DNA from: Eledone cirrhosa
Taxonomy: Eukaryota
Direction: 5' to 3'
Assembly: GCA_964016885.1 (NCBI GenBank)
Contig: OZ024747.1
Span: 65,348,001 to 65,412,000 of the forward strand
Length of the DNA stretch: 64,000 nucleotides
The notes under the pieces were generated by a model. That model was not told the DNA's origin. It saw only the letters and a program-made list of their open reading frames with translations, and did no database searches. Of this stretch, positions 13,906 through 27,498 are shown piece by piece (position 1 is the stretch's first letter; every line of letters starts with the position of its first letter). The translations under genes and the position numbers were made by a program.

Positions 13906-14142
13906 TTTTTTTCTCCCTTACCTCCCCTTATTTTTCACCTTTTCTTATGTCCCCCCCCCCCCCCTATATTCTTTTTGCCTTGCCCTTCACATACCTATGT
14001 GTATGTCTAGGTATATTTGTGCGTATATATATATGTATATATGTATGTATATATATATATGTATGTGTGTGTATGTGTATGTGTATATATATGTATATAT
14101 TTGTGTGTGTATATGTATGTATATGTGGATAGACCAGGTTTT

Positions 14143-14202
14143 TTTCATTCTGAAGATTGAAGGAAAAATTTTTTGCTTTTAAGAAACCACTGGTGAATGG
14201 AA
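14143..14202 (+). ncRNA. Type-I hammerhead motif, variant
   Basis: TTTCATT-CTGAAGA-TTGAAGG..CTTTTAA-GAAACCACTGGTG-AATGGAA. Confidence 0.65.
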
Positions 14203-14517
14203 TAATTGCCTTATGTTGCTTTATTACTTTACTACTATATATATGTATATGTAAGGTTCATATGAATTATCTAAGACTGAGTTTTACACATACACACATG
14301 TATGTGTGTGTGTATGTGTATGCATATGTATATATATATATATGTGTATATATATGCGTGTGTGTATTTATATATGTATGTGTGTGTGTGTGTGTTTGTA
14401 TTTGGTTGTGCGTGTTTATGATATGTACGTATTTGTATGTGTATAATTGTATAGCTATGTATGTAATTGTGTGTGTATGTATACATATATGTGTGTGTGT
14501 GTGTGTTTATATTTATG

Positions 14518-14548
<31 letters not shown>

Positions 14549-14918
14549 ATATAATTACATATACATATATGTGTGTATATGTTGTGCATGTATGTGTATG
14601 TATGTGTTTATGTATTTGTATATGTATATTTATGTGTGAGAGTGTGTGTATGTATTTACTATTCCGTACGTATGTATACGTGCATTTGTGTGTATTACTT
14701 ACCACGCGTGTCTGTCCAGTTAGCTGCCTTATGTATCGGTGTCAAAATATTTTTAATATATATATTTTTTTTTCTTATATTTATTTGCGTGTGTGAATAT
14801 GTAGAGGAGTGCATTTATGTATGTGTATATATGTACGTGTGTATATATGTATGATTGTGTGAATGTATGTATTTATATGTGTGTGTGTATGGCTATGTTT
14901 GTGTATGTGTATGCTTGT

Positions 14919-14968
<50 letters not shown>

Positions 14969-15095
14969 ATATGTGTATATATATGTGTATGTATATGTGT
15001 GTATAAGTGTGTGTGTGTGTGTATGTATGAGTGTATGTATGTGTGTATATGTGTATGTATGTGTATGTGTATATGTGTGTATGTATATATATGTG

Positions 15096-15162
<67 letters not shown>

Positions 15163-15314
15163 ATGTATGTATGCGTTTGTGCGTTTTTGTGTGTGTGTGT
15201 TTGCATGTGTAGTTTTACTTTATTTTTCCTTTCCTTCTCCCTTTTCCAGCCTCACTTTCATATAGATTGCATTTTTGTTTTTAAAATCCAAATTCAATAA
15301 ACAGACCAGGATTT

Positions 15315-15374
15315 TTCCATTCTGAGGATTGAAAGCAAAACCTTTTGCTTTTAAGAAACCACTGGTAAATGGAA
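15315..15374 (+). ncRNA. Type-I hammerhead ribozyme motif
   Basis: Stem I TTCCATT/AATGGAA, core CTGAGGA, stem II TTGAAAGCAAAA/TTTTGCTTTTAA, GAAA, stem III ACCA-C-TGGT, GUA cleavage triplet. Confidence 0.82.
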
Positions 15375-15869
15375 TAATTGCCTTATGTTGTTTATTAAAT
15401 AATAATTAAGCTCTGTTACCTACATAGAGCACTCTTTTTTCCTGGACTTTTCCGACGGAATTACTTCATTCACACACACATAAATTATTGATGTATTGCT
15501 TTATTGATATTTTTTATCTGTTTGTCCCGAATCTTCTATTATCGATTTTTTATCGTATGGTTGATTTTAGACTTGTTCTATGTGTGACGGTATTTTAACG
15601 ATAGTTATAGCTCTGATTCATCTGAATTATAGAGCCCTCTGCCGCTCATTTCGAATATTGTTTATCGTGAACTCGTGCGCCGATTTTTCGATACTCGATC
15701 TTTCTAATATATATATATATATATATACACACCATGAAATCTAGTTTAAAATATGTACGCCATATCCTTGTGTGTTGTAAAAAAAAAGTGACGAAAGGGT
15801 TGGTGTGAAGAAGAACATTGCTTTAAAAATGTCCATCCAATCATGTCAGCATGGGGTGAACATAAAAAC

Positions 15870-16250
15870 AATGATGATAATGATGATGATAACAATGATG
15901 ATGGTGGTGATGATGATGATAATGATGATGATGGTGATGATGATAATGCTGATGATGGTGATGATGATAATGCTGATGATATCAATGGCGATGATAATGA
16001 TGATGACGATGGTAATGATGATATTGATGATAACAATGATGATGATGATGATGATGATAATGACAATGATAATGATGATAACGATGGTGATGATATTGAC
16101 GATAATGATGATGATGATGACAACGATAATGATGATGATGATGATGACAACGATAATGATGATGATGATGATGATGACAACGATAATGATGATGATGATG
16201 ATGATGATAGTGATGATGATGATGATGATGGTGGTGGTGACGATGATGTA
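15870..16250. repeat. (GAT)n degenerate microsatellite
   Basis: Direct inspection. Confidence 0.95.
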
Positions 16251-16782
16251 CATTATTTCTTATAACATAAACACATGTTATTAACACCCTAACACACGCA
16301 CACCAGGTCTTTATTGCAAACATTTGAGATAATGAGAAACTTCATTCAGCAAATAAGTTTCCACAAAACTTAATTTCTGAGAATATTCCACATTCCCCCT
16401 GGAAATACAGGAGAAGGAGAGGTTGCAAGAGTGAAGGGTGGGGTACACAGTAGTGAGGGTTTCGGATTGCATGGGGTAGAATGTAAGGTTGTTTTTACTA
16501 TTGCAAACTTTATTTCTAAAGACTTTCAATAATTATAGCCGACGTGGTGTTGGCAGAATTCCCTGAGAAGATTGCAGACAAATCTAGGGAGAAACACAGT
16601 AAACACACATTATAATTTGGAAGTGCTACAATAATAATAAGAAAGGTTTTGTTAAGAGATCAAAAATGATTTTCTTCAGTCTTACATTCTACAAGACACT
16701 AACAGCCATAAATGTCCCTGGCAGAATATCAGCAAGTGATTTCACCTCTTTATGTTGTCTCCTCCCCCCCCCTACTCCTCCT

Positions 16783-16807
16783 AATCATCACCACCACCAC
16801 CACCAAT

Positions 16808-16853
<46 letters not shown>

Positions 16854-17352
16854 CCACCACCACCAATACCATCATCATCATCATCATCATCATCATCGCT
16901 ACCACCACCACCACCACCAATATCATCATCATCGTCATCATCATCATCACCACCAATACCATCATCATCATCATCATCATCACCGCTACCACCACCAATA
17001 TCATCATCATCATCATCACCATCAATCATCATCATCATCATCGCTACCACCACCACCACCACCAATATCATCATCATCATCACCACCAATACCATCATCA
17101 TCATCATCATCATCACCGCTACCACCACCAATATCATCATCATCATCATCATCATAATCATCACCATCAATCATCATCATCATCATCGCTACCACCACCA
17201 CCACCACCACCAATACCATCATCATCATCATCATCACCATCAATCATCACCATCAATCATCATCATCGCTACCACCACCACCACCAATATCATCATCATC
17301 ATCATCATCATCACCATCACCAATACCATCATCATCATCATCACCATCAACA
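16783..17352. repeat. (CAT)/(CAC) compound microsatellite
   Basis: Direct inspection. Confidence 0.95.
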
Positions 17353-17628
17353 CCCAACCCTCTCCTCCCACCCTCAGTCTGTCTGTTTCGTTACAGTTTC
17401 TCACTAAATTATTGTTCATACTCTCTTTAAATTCAAACACAATAATTGTTTCTAATTTTGGCACAAGGCCAGCAATTACCTCAGCGCATTACTGGTATTC
17501 TATTTTATTGACCCCGTAAGGATGAAAGGCAAAGTTAACCTCGGTGGGATTTGAACTCAGAATGGCAAGGGCCGTAACTCTGTGTCAAAGCATGGTGTCC
17601 AACCCTCTACCAATCCACCATCCCTTAA

Positions 17629-17921
17629 GTTGTTGCTGCTGTAGTTGTTGCTATTATTTACTGTTGAGGGTGATTGTGGTGGTGGTAGTGTTGCTGTGGT
17701 GGTGTTGGTGTGCTGGTGGTGTTGCTGTGGTGGTGGTGTTGGTGGTGTTATGGTGTTGGTGGTGTTGCTGTGGTGGTAGTGTTGTGGTGGTGGTGTTGGT
17801 GTTGCTGTGTTGGTGGTGATGTTGTGGCGTTGGTGTTGTTGGTGGTGTTGCTGTGGTGGTGGTGGTGGTGTTGTTGTGGTCTTGTTGGTGGTGTTGCTGT
17901 GGTGGTAGTGTTGTGGTGTTG
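17629..17921. repeat. (GGT)/(GTT) microsatellite
   Basis: Direct inspection. Confidence 0.93.
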
Positions 17922-17989
17922 AATTAACTAATATCTGCTATCCTCAACCAAACAAGTTGTGGGGTTGTAACTATTTTTAGGGGCAAATA

Positions 17990-18201
17990 TAGGGTGACCA
18001 CAAAAACACTCCTTGGTTTCGAATACTTATAACCTCAAAACTTAAATGAATATTCTTACAATATTTGTAGCTACAGTTGCATAAATTAACAAAGTTTCTT
18101 TACTCATTTGCAGAATTGATTGGATCTGCTAGATGGCAGCATAATTTAAGATGGCGTTCACTCCACAACAATGTAGCTGGTGTGTTTTTGTAGTCACCCT
18201 G
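17990..18201. mobile_element. Tc1/mariner-type MITE
   Basis: TIRs (T)AGGGTGACCACAAAAACAC / GTGTTTTTGTAGTCACCCTG with TA on both sides. Confidence 0.8.
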
Positions 18202-18781
18202 TATTATACACTTGACTGAGCTGCAATCCTGAGTGAAAGTGAGGTTCGGTGTTTGATATTAAGAATATTGCCAGGCATTCACAACACTTTACCAGGTGAA
18301 CCATGGAATGTGTTGACAGTCAATCTCCATATTCTATAGAGGTGCTAGGGGAAGATATGATTGATGATGGACTGGAGGTGATCCAGCCTGGTGGAGAATG
18401 GTATGGGTTGACAGTCAATTTCCATATTCTATAGAGGGCTAGAAGAAGATATGATTGATGATGCATGGGGTGATTTTCAGTATGATTTTGACTTTCCCCT
18501 GCCCCCAAATCGTTGGCCTTGTCCTAAATCAGAAACCATTATTAATATTATTACTACTACTACTATTAAGGGTAGAGAGTCAGATGAAATGCTTTGTAGA
18601 ATTTAGTTGCGATTTTCAACTATCTGAGTTCAAATCTTGTCATGGTTGCCTTTGCCTTTCATCCTTCCAGTGTCAATAAAATAAAGTACTAGTTAAGTAT
18701 TTGGGTTGATAGAATCAAATTCCCCTTCCTTAAATTGCTTGGCTTGTACCAATGCTAGAAAGAATCATTATTATTATTATC

Positions 18782-19232
18782 AGAATCAGTAGAGGAGCTA
18801 GAGAATAAATTCTGGCTATGGAAACAGCAGTTGGAATTAAGAGGACTGAGAGTGATCCTAGCTAAGACAAAAGTGTTGATAAATAGAAAGTGGCAGAAAG
18901 AATATTAGCGCAACTAATTAGAGAAAGGGTCAAACTAGATGAGATGCAGTTTGGTTTTGTGCCTGGAAAAAGTACAACAGATGCCCTCTTCATAGTGAGA
19001 CAACTACAAGAGAGGTTCTTAGAGAAGAATAAGCCACTATACTTAGTTTTTGTTGACCTAAAGAAGGCCTTTGATAGAGTACCCCGATCTGTCATCTGGT
19101 GGTCCCTAAGGAAGCTAGGTGTTGAGAAATGGCTTGTGAGGACAGTGCCAGCTTTATACAGAGGTGTTATCAGTAAAGTGAGGGTGGGAATGGAGTTTAG
19201 TGAGGAATTCCAGATACAAGTAGGAGTACATC
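18782..19232 (+). mobile_element. Internal RTE family-B RT fragments in permuted order
   Basis: 18782-18888 matches ~61151-61258; 18886-19232 matches ~60689-61033. Confidence 0.85.
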
Positions 19233-20588
19233 ATATCCCTGAAAGGTCGAGCGGAGGTGGCTAACGCGTACATCGCGTCTGTCATCTGCTACCGCCTGAC
19301 CGTCGTACCTTGTCCTAAGCCTCGCCTGACTGCGCTGGAGCGTTTGCTCTTTTGCTTTTTGTGGAAGGGACGTGCTCCGATGGTCAGGCGGTCCATCTGT
19401 TGTCAACACCCGCTACGTGGAGGGCTGGGCATGCCGTGGCTGATGATGCGCAGGCACGCGCTCAGGCTACGACATCTCCACCTCTTCCTCGATGGTGATC
19501 AGGTGTGGTCGCCGTTTGCTAGGTGCGTATTTCCCCAGCTCGTTTCCTTGACGGAGCTGCAGTCCTGGGTCAAGCGAAGACCGAGAGGGAGCGCCTGGAG
19601 ACTGGAATGTCTTCAGGCGCTCACAGCCCTCGACCAATCGGGCAATGTGATCGGTGGAAACTCCACCTCGGCGTTCTATAAAGGATTAGTGGAGGGTAAG
19701 AGCGACGACGTACTTGGGGAAACTCTAGGCGTCGACGAAAATCAACTAGCCAATCTCTTCGGAAGAACTTTCGGGCCGGGGCCTATGGACAACTTCCAGA
19801 AATCTCTGGCCTGGCAGTGCTACCGAGGAGCCTTGCCAGTTCGGGATAAACTCTACAGGCATGGAGGTGCCGTCAGCCGGGCATGTCCGAGATGCGCGCA
19901 GGGCGACGAAACCGTCCTGCACGCACTCGTCCAGTGTCCGAAAATTGCTGACTTGTGGGTTTATGTCGAACACCTGCTGGTCGCGTTTAGGACGGATCCG
20001 GCTATCATCTGAGTCCATCGTGAGGATTGCCCCGCCCTCCTCCTTTAGCCGGGAAGGGCAGGCAGTTTTTATCTGTCTGGTGGCCATGGCGAAAGAGATA
20101 GTATGGTGGACACGTTTGAAAGGGCTGAAGACGAGCACTTACCTCTTCGGTGATGCTCTGATTGACTTTTTCAAATTTCATTTGAAAAGGAAAATCAGAG
20201 TAGAGAGGGAAGTGCTCTCTTCCCAGCATTTTGTTGAAAGATGGGTGAGAGAAGCAAGAATGGCCCGAGTGAATGGGCCGACTCTGAGTATATATCTGTA
20301 AACTAAAGGTGGAAAACTGGGAGAGGGCACTTGCCTTGGTGGTCAGGGTCATTGTGGCTTTTTACTGGGCTTTCTCCACAAATGTCCCTCCGAAGTCTCC
20401 CCCCTATTGGGGAATTTTTCATTGTTATTTTCATTGTTATTTTTGTTACATCCTCTGTTTTTGTTTTTTTACACGCAGAAATGCCCATTTGTACCGTCCT
20501 GCATTGTCCTGCACTGTCCTTAATGTCTACTGTATGTAAACCCTTGTGGTTAATAAAGAAATCATTATTATTATTATTATTATTATTG
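19233..20588 (+). mobile_element. 5'-truncated Tx1/L1-clade LINE
   Basis: FLWKG...GGLGMP motif and zf-RVT-like CPRC..ETVLHALVQC; frameshift near 19980; AATAAA then a (TTA)n tail; GC-rich relative to flanks. Confidence 0.85.
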
Positions 20589-21543
20589 AAGGCAGTAGAT
20601 TGCAGAGTCATTAGAATGATGGACAAAATGTTTTGCAACATTTAGTTAGAACCCTTTATGTTCTGAGTTCAAATCCTACTAAGGTCAACTTTGCCTTTCA
20701 TCTTTCCAGAGTCAATAAAATAAAGTGCCAGTCATGTACTACAGTCAATATAATTCACTTTGCCCACCCAACAAATCCTTGGCCTTTTGCCTAAATTAGA
20801 AAGCATTCTCAATATTATTATTATTCGTATCATCATCGTCATTGATGTTTGTAGTTTGATTATCCTGACATAGAGCGCCATCAATGGAAAATATCAGTAC
20901 TAACCTCAATTATTCCCCTTTTTGAGTCTATAATTAATTACTATTTACACTGCTATTTTTTTTTAGACCTATTCATAACTGCTTAGGTGAAAAAAAGAGG
21001 CTATATGTTCTAAATTTGTTAGGTTAACAAAAGAGAAAGAGACAGAGATAGACAGTAAAAGTGGTAATGTTGGCTCTATAAAATAACATCAAAGATAGGA
21101 TGATTAATAACAGGATAACAACAACAAAATAATAGCTTTTAACACATCTTATTTCTAATAATAAACTTATGATAGTTTTAGAAAATAGCATCAATTGAAG
21201 TGACCAGCCAACACAGAAGATGTATATAAAAGATTTGTAATAAATATTACAATAAAATAAAATCAATCACATATTTATTAGTATTATTATTGCCATTATT
21301 ATTATTATAATTATTATTATTACTATTATTGCTGTTGTTGTTGTTGCTTAGTAATTGTGGTTAAGAAAGTATCTACCTCGTGCTGTCTCTAAAGGATGTT
21401 AATTCTATAGTAGAATGATATATTTCTACATGATATTTGGTGGCTAAATCCCTCGAGCAATTGGAATCATGTATAGCTCAACATCATGTATATATATATA
21501 TATATAGAAAGATTTGAATGGATACAGTTTAGTTGAAAGGAAT

Positions 21544-21660
21544 TTATTGACACGTGTTTCTATAACAGTTACATAACCTAAAACAGCTATCTACAAACTT
21601 TTAGTTATGCAGACATTCAATATTTCAATGTTATTATTTACTGTCATTTCATCAGAATAA
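21544..21660 (-). ncRNA. Type-I hammerhead motif (inverted pseudo-LTR)
   Basis: Reverse complement of 24856-24972. Confidence 0.78.
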
Positions 21661-22244
21661 TATTACTGAGGACCTATTTAGTTTTTATAGAGAATATTAG
21701 GAGGGAGGGGTGAAGTTGTTAGAAGAATAGTTGAAGGAGTGGTTTTTCGATAGCAGTGAGAATTCTTGGTGGCAGTGAGTAATTAGATTCCCATCTGTTG
21801 TTTTGACATTTTTTATGGAATATATTATTGGTTATTTTTCTAAATCTATAGAAGGATTAGAGATAGTAAAGATATGCGTGGTTGGTTTTGTGTTTGCACT
21901 TAACATTCAGACTTAAATTTTTCTTTCAAGTGTACGTATTCTTTCACCCACGCATTCACACAAATATATTTGCACACCTCTACAAAATACATATACTCAC
22001 AATTCACATATTCATACTTACATATATATACACATGCATACACATATATATACACACATGTATTCATGTACATACATACGCGCTCATGTGTATACATTTT
22101 CATACTCAACTTATCTTTATATATACACACGTATAGACACACACATATATACATACATACTCTAGTCCATGTGTACACACATACGCATACATACACATCC
22201 ACATACACATACATACATACACATATATATATATATATATACAT

Positions 22245-22305
<61 letters not shown>

Positions 22306-22792
22306 CCCACACACACACATATACACATACACACACATATATATATATATATAAGCACTTTAATACATGAATACACTTACATCTAACTATACACATCAAA
22401 CATATATATATATTTACTTATTTATATACATTTTCACATATATATACATACTTATGGACGTTTTTAGACACATTCATTATCGCATATTTGTACCTATTCT
22501 CATCAGCATATCTTTTCATTATTAGTATGGTAATTTAAGGTTATTAATATATGTTGAGAAGAGATTGTTTTTATATTTTTCTAACTAGATTAAGGTTTAT
22601 ATAGTTGGGGGATGTCCCTCTTTTATGTAATATTCGGCTTGTAGTGGGAAAAAAGGGTTTTAGTTCTGTGACGGCAGAATAATGTTCGTTCAATTCTGTT
22701 ATTCAGCAGTTTCTTCTTGTGTGTGATTATGTAATAAATCTCAAGATTACACAATTTGCAGAAATTTTGGCTCCTGGAAAAGCTTTGGTGGT

Positions 22793-23893
22793 TTGATTAA
22801 ACCGTTTCATAAATTGAATGAAAATCTCAAATACGTAAATGTTGGGTCTAACCACCCCATCTCTATAATTAAATCTATCCCTAAAAATATTTCCCTTAGA
22901 ATCTCGGGTCTATCTTCTAACATACAAGTATTTAAGGAACACGCCGAGTACTACGATAACGCCCTTAGTAAAGCAGGCTACCTCAACAAAATAGAGTACA
23001 TAGATGGGAACAATCAAAACACCCAAAATAAATCCCACATAGGTAGATATAATAACACAACACCAAACCACACTTACTACCATAGTATGCACACCAGTAA
23101 ACCAACAAACAAAACTAATAGAAAGCGATGCAAAGAGTACTTATGGTATAACCCCGAATACAATAGCTCCATTAGTACAAATTTACCAGTACTCTTCTTT
23201 AAAATAATTAAAAGACATTTTCCCACATCACACAAATACCACAAAATCCTAAACCCTACCACTATAAGACTGTCATACTCTACAGCGTTAAACCTTGAAC
23301 AACACATAAAAAAGATCAATACTAGAAGGTTAAACGAAAACACTAAGAACTTAAGTACAAAGAACCCCCAAAAAACAGTAGACAATACACTACAGAACAT
23401 AAATAAACCACACCTAAGTTCGTCCGCAATACTACTCCAGAGAAAACCCAACGTACACAACTGTAACTGCACCTATCCTGACAACTGCCCCCTCGGCAAT
23501 AACTGCCTGGAAAAAAATATTATTTATAAGTGTACCATTAAATCCGGAGGCAACGAGTGGTATTACGTGGGATCAACGGCAACATCGTTTAAATCTCGAT
23601 TGTATAGGCATTCTTACTCAATAAAACACCAGAGCCAAAGAAATGTAACAACTTTAGCAGAAAAAGCTTGGACGCTCAGGGATAGCAATCAAAAGTTTAC
23701 CCTAAAATGGGAAAAATTAGCTAAAACCCAAAGCTTTTCCAGGAGCCAAAATTTCTGCAAATTGTGTAATCTTGAGATTTATTACATAATCACACACAAG
23801 AAGAAACTGCTGAATAACAGAATTGAACGAACATTATTCTGCCGTCACAGAACTAAAACCCTTTTTTCCCACTACAAGCCGAATATTACATAA
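22793..23893 (+). pseudogene. Duplicated 3' half of the PLE2 ORF (RT thumb + GIY-YIG)
   Basis: Translation matches the C-terminal ~365 aa of 25177-27498. Confidence 0.9.
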
Positions 23894-24210
23894 AAGAGGG
23901 ACATCCCCCAACTATATAAACCTTAATCTAGTTAGAAAAATATAAAAACAATCTCTTCTCAACATATATTAATAACCTTAAATTACCATACTAATAATGA
24001 AAAGATATGCTGATGAGAATAGGTACAAATATGCGATAATGAATGTGTCTAAAAACGTCCATAAGTATGTATATATATGTGAAAATGTATATAAATAAGT
24101 AAATATATATATATGTTTGATGTGTATAGTTAGATGTAAGTGTATTCATGTATTAAAGTGCTTATATATATATATATATATGTGTGTATGTGTATATGTG
24201 TGTGTGTGGG

Positions 24211-24271
<61 letters not shown>

Positions 24272-24855
24272 ATGTATATATATATATATATATGTGTATG
24301 TATGTATGTGTATGTGGATGTGTATGTATGCGTATGTGTGTACACATGGACTAGAGTATGTATGTATATATGTGTGTGTCTATACGTGTGTATATATAAA
24401 GATAAGTTGAGTATGAAAATGTATACACATGAGCGCGTATGTATGTACATGAATACATGTGTGTATATATATGTGTATGCATGTGTATATATATGTAAGT
24501 ATGAATATGTGAATTGTGAGTATATGTATTTTGTAGAGGTGTGCAAATATATTTGTGTGAATGCGTGGGTGAAAGAATACGTACACTTGAAAGAAAAATT
24601 TAAGTCTGAATGTTAAGTGCAAACACAAAACCAACCACGCATATCTTTACTATCTCTAATCCTTCTATAGATTTAGAAAAATAACCAATAATATATTCCA
24701 TAAAAAATGTCAAAACAACAGATGGGAATCTAATTACTCACTGCCACCAAGAATTCTCACTGCTATCGAAAAACCACTCCTTCAACTATTCTTCTAACAA
24801 CTTCACCCCTCCCTCCTAATATTCTCTATAAAAACTAAATAGGTCCTCAGTAATA

Positions 24856-24972
24856 TTATTCTGATGAAATGACAGTAAATAATAACATTGAAATATTGAA
24901 TGTCTGCATAACTAAAAGTTTGTAGATAGCTGTTTTAGGTTATGTAACTGTTATAGAAACACGTGTCAATAA
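24856..24972 (+). ncRNA. Type-I hammerhead motif with extended loop II
   Basis: TTATT-CTGATGA-A-ATGACAGT..(~70 nt)..ACTGTTAT-A-GAAAC-ACGT-GTC-AATAA; palindromic stem III. Confidence 0.78.
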
Positions 24973-25176
24973 ATTCCTTTCAACTAAACTGTATCCATTC
25001 AAATCTTTCTATTTTTCTCCGGATTACTTTTGGAACTACAACTGGAACCGTCGAGCAAACTCTACGTGAGCTGATAATCTACTGTGTGTAATATTTATAT
25101 TACAACACAACGGAAAATACTGTATATTTACCTCCTGTAAAGTCGAGCAACCCACACAGCAAACGCAACCACAACA

Positions 25177-27498
25177 ATGGAAAAACACTACCTGGATATG
25201 TCACTCAAAAACATACCAACCCAAGGTAGAAAGGAATATTTATTGAGCATGATTCAAAAAACTAATGAATTCATTCGACGTGTCAGGTGGAAAACGCTCC
25301 ACTATGATAGAAGCCGTATGAACTCAACATTAGAAAGTGGTGTAAACAACAAATTCGGTTTTAGGACTTGTAAAAACCCACCCACCAACCCACTATTAGA
25401 TGCATTTGAGCAGGACCTTATGAACTTAATCCTTAAAATTAAATTCAAAGGACGCAACACCAACAGCAAATTACAGAAAGATATAAAAAAACTACTGGAC
25501 GACCTTAAAAACACCAAAGGAATTGTAGTAAAAGCGGACAAAACATCAAACCTGTACACTATGGATTGCACTACATACAACAACTTCATTCGAAAAGAAT
25601 TACATAAAAAATATAGAAAAACGAGTGAAGTAACCCTTAAGCACATCAATGATGAGGCATGCGAAATAGTGAAAAATCTCGGAATCGAAGATAGGACAGG
25701 ACCACTCTTACCGGCGGTACCCACCTTCAATCTTAAGGACCACAAGGTAAACTTTGATAATGACCCTAAAATAAGATTAATCTGCCCCTCTAAATCAGAT
25801 ATAGGTAAAATAAGCAAATATATCTTAGATAGAATCATCCCCCAAATTAAGGCTAAGGTTAACATTAAACTCTGGGGGAAGACCCAAGAAGCAATAAGAT
25901 GGTTTAATAGCATTAGCAATAAGAATAAATCTAAGTTTATCCAGTTTGATATCGATGAATATTACTCATCGATATCACCTGAAACTTTGAATAGAGCCAT
26001 TAAGTTTGCTAAGGATAACTCTGACCTTACAAACGATGAAATTAAGATTATATTAGAAGCTAGGAAAACTATAGTCAAATTTGAGAACAGTTATTGGGTA
26101 CGTAAAGATAGACCCTCTAACTTTGACATAACAATGGGCTCTAACGATTCGGCGGAAATAACTGATATTGTGGGGTTATTTATCGCCTTTAGACTCCAGG
26201 AAAAATTCAGCAATCTCCACGGCGGAATATACCGCGACGATGTTCTCCTCCTAGCTAAAAACCTTAATAACCAAAAACTAGAAAAACTACGCAAAGATAT
26301 AAGAAAACTACTACTCGAAATAGGACTAACTATAACATATGAATACAACCTTAAAGTAGTTAACTTCCTGGATGTCACACTCAATTTAAACTCTGGTTTG
26401 ATTAAACCGTTTCATAAATTGAATGAAAATCTCAAATACGTAAATGTTGGGTCTAACCACCCCATCTCTATAATTAAATCTATCCCTAAAAATATTTCCC
26501 TTAGAATCTCGGGTCTATCTTCTAACATACAAGTATTTAAGGAACACGCCGAGTACTACGATAACGCCCTTAGTAAAGCAGGCTACCTCAACAAAATAGA
26601 GTACATAGATGGGAACAATCAAAACACCCAAAATAAATCCCACATAGGTAGATATAATAACACAACACCAAACCACACTTACTACCATAGTATGCACACC
26701 AGTAAACCAACAAACAAAACTAATAGAAAGCGATGCAAAGAGTACTTATGGTATAACCCCGAATACAATAGCTCCATTAGTACAAATTTACCAGTACTCT
26801 TCTTTAAAATAATTAAAAGACATTTTCCCACATCACACAAATACCACAAAATCCTAAACCCTACCACTATAAGACTGTCATACTCTACAGCGTTAAACCT
26901 TGAACAACACATAAAAAAGATCAATACTAGAAGGTTAAACGAAAACACTAAGAACTTAAGTACAAAGAACCCCCAAAAAACAGTAGACAATACACTACAG
27001 AACATAAATAAACCACACCTAAGTTCGTCCGCAATACTACTCCAGAGAAAACCCAACGTACACAACTGTAACTGCACCTATCCTGACAACTGCCCCCTCG
27101 GCAATAACTGCCTGGAAAAAAATATTATTTATAAGTGTACCATTAAATCCGGAGGCAACGAGTGGTATTACGTGGGATCAACGGCAACATCGTTTAAATC
27201 TCGATTGTATAGGCATTCTTACTCAATAAAACACCAGAGCCAAAGAAATGTAACAACTTTAGCAGAAAAAGCTTGGACGCTCAGGGATAGCAATCAAAAG
27301 TTTACCCTAAAATGGGAAAAATTAGCTAAAACCCAAAGCTTTTCCAGGAGCCAAAATTTCTGCAAATTGTGTAATCTTGAGATTTATTACATAATCACAC
27401 ACAAGAAGAAACTGCTGAATAACAGAATTGAACGAACATTATTCTGCCGTCACAGAACTAAAACCCTTTTTTCCCACTACAAGCCGAATATTACATAA
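25177..27498 (+). CDS. Intact PLE polyprotein: reverse transcriptase + GIY-YIG endonuclease (773 aa)
   Basis: KADKT, QFDIDEYYSSI, MGSNDSAE, IYRDD, NFLDVTL, CNC..CPL..C, IIYKC...YYVGST, CKLC, CRH; no stops. Confidence 0.95.
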   Translation: MEKHYLDMSLKNIPTQGRKEYLLSMIQKTNEFIRRVRWKTLHYDRSRMNSTLESGVNNKFGFRTCKNPPTNPLLDAFEQDLMNLILKIKFKGRNTNSKLQKDIKKLLDDLKNTKGIVVKADKTSNLYTMDCTTYNNFIRKELHKKYRKTSEVTLKHINDEACEIVKNLGIEDRTGPLLPAVPTFNLKDHKVNFDNDPKIRLICPSKSDIGKISKYILDRIIPQIKAKVNIKLWGKTQEAIRWFNSISNKNKSKFIQFDIDEYYSSISPETLNRAIKFAKDNSDLTNDEIKIILEARKTIVKFENSYWVRKDRPSNFDITMGSNDSAEITDIVGLFIAFRLQEKFSNLHGGIYRDDVLLLAKNLNNQKLEKLRKDIRKLLLEIGLTITYEYNLKVVNFLDVTLNLNSGLIKPFHKLNENLKYVNVGSNHPISIIKSIPKNISLRISGLSSNIQVFKEHAEYYDNALSKAGYLNKIEYIDGNNQNTQNKSHIGRYNNTTPNHTYYHSMHTSKPTNKTNRKRCKEYLWYNPEYNSSISTNLPVLFFKIIKRHFPTSHKYHKILNPTTIRLSYSTALNLEQHIKKINTRRLNENTKNLSTKNPQKTVDNTLQNINKPHLSSSAILLQRKPNVHNCNCTYPDNCPLGNNCLEKNIIYKCTIKSGGNEWYYVGSTATSFKSRLYRHSYSIKHQSQRNVTTLAEKAWTLRDSNQKFTLKWEKLAKTQSFSRSQNFCKLCNLEIYYIITHKKKLLNNRIERTLFCRHRTKTLFSHYKPNIT

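Larger units (their letters stand above)
10108..15705 (-). mobile_element. Penelope-like element 1: 5'-truncated, decayed ORF with 3' pseudo-LTR (~10108-11600) and inverted pseudo-LTR copy (~13905-15403, extension to ~15705)
   Basis: RT and GIY-YIG peptides on the minus strand flanked by ~1.5-kb inverted repeats containing hammerheads. Confidence 0.9.

Noticed and set aside
15746-17922. Poly-Asp/His/Met ORFs
   Set aside because: Trinucleotide repeats with no splice or domain evidence
24010-24060. Second CTGATGA in the PLE2 pseudo-LTR as a hammerhead
   Set aside because: No matching stem II or GAAA-stem III found
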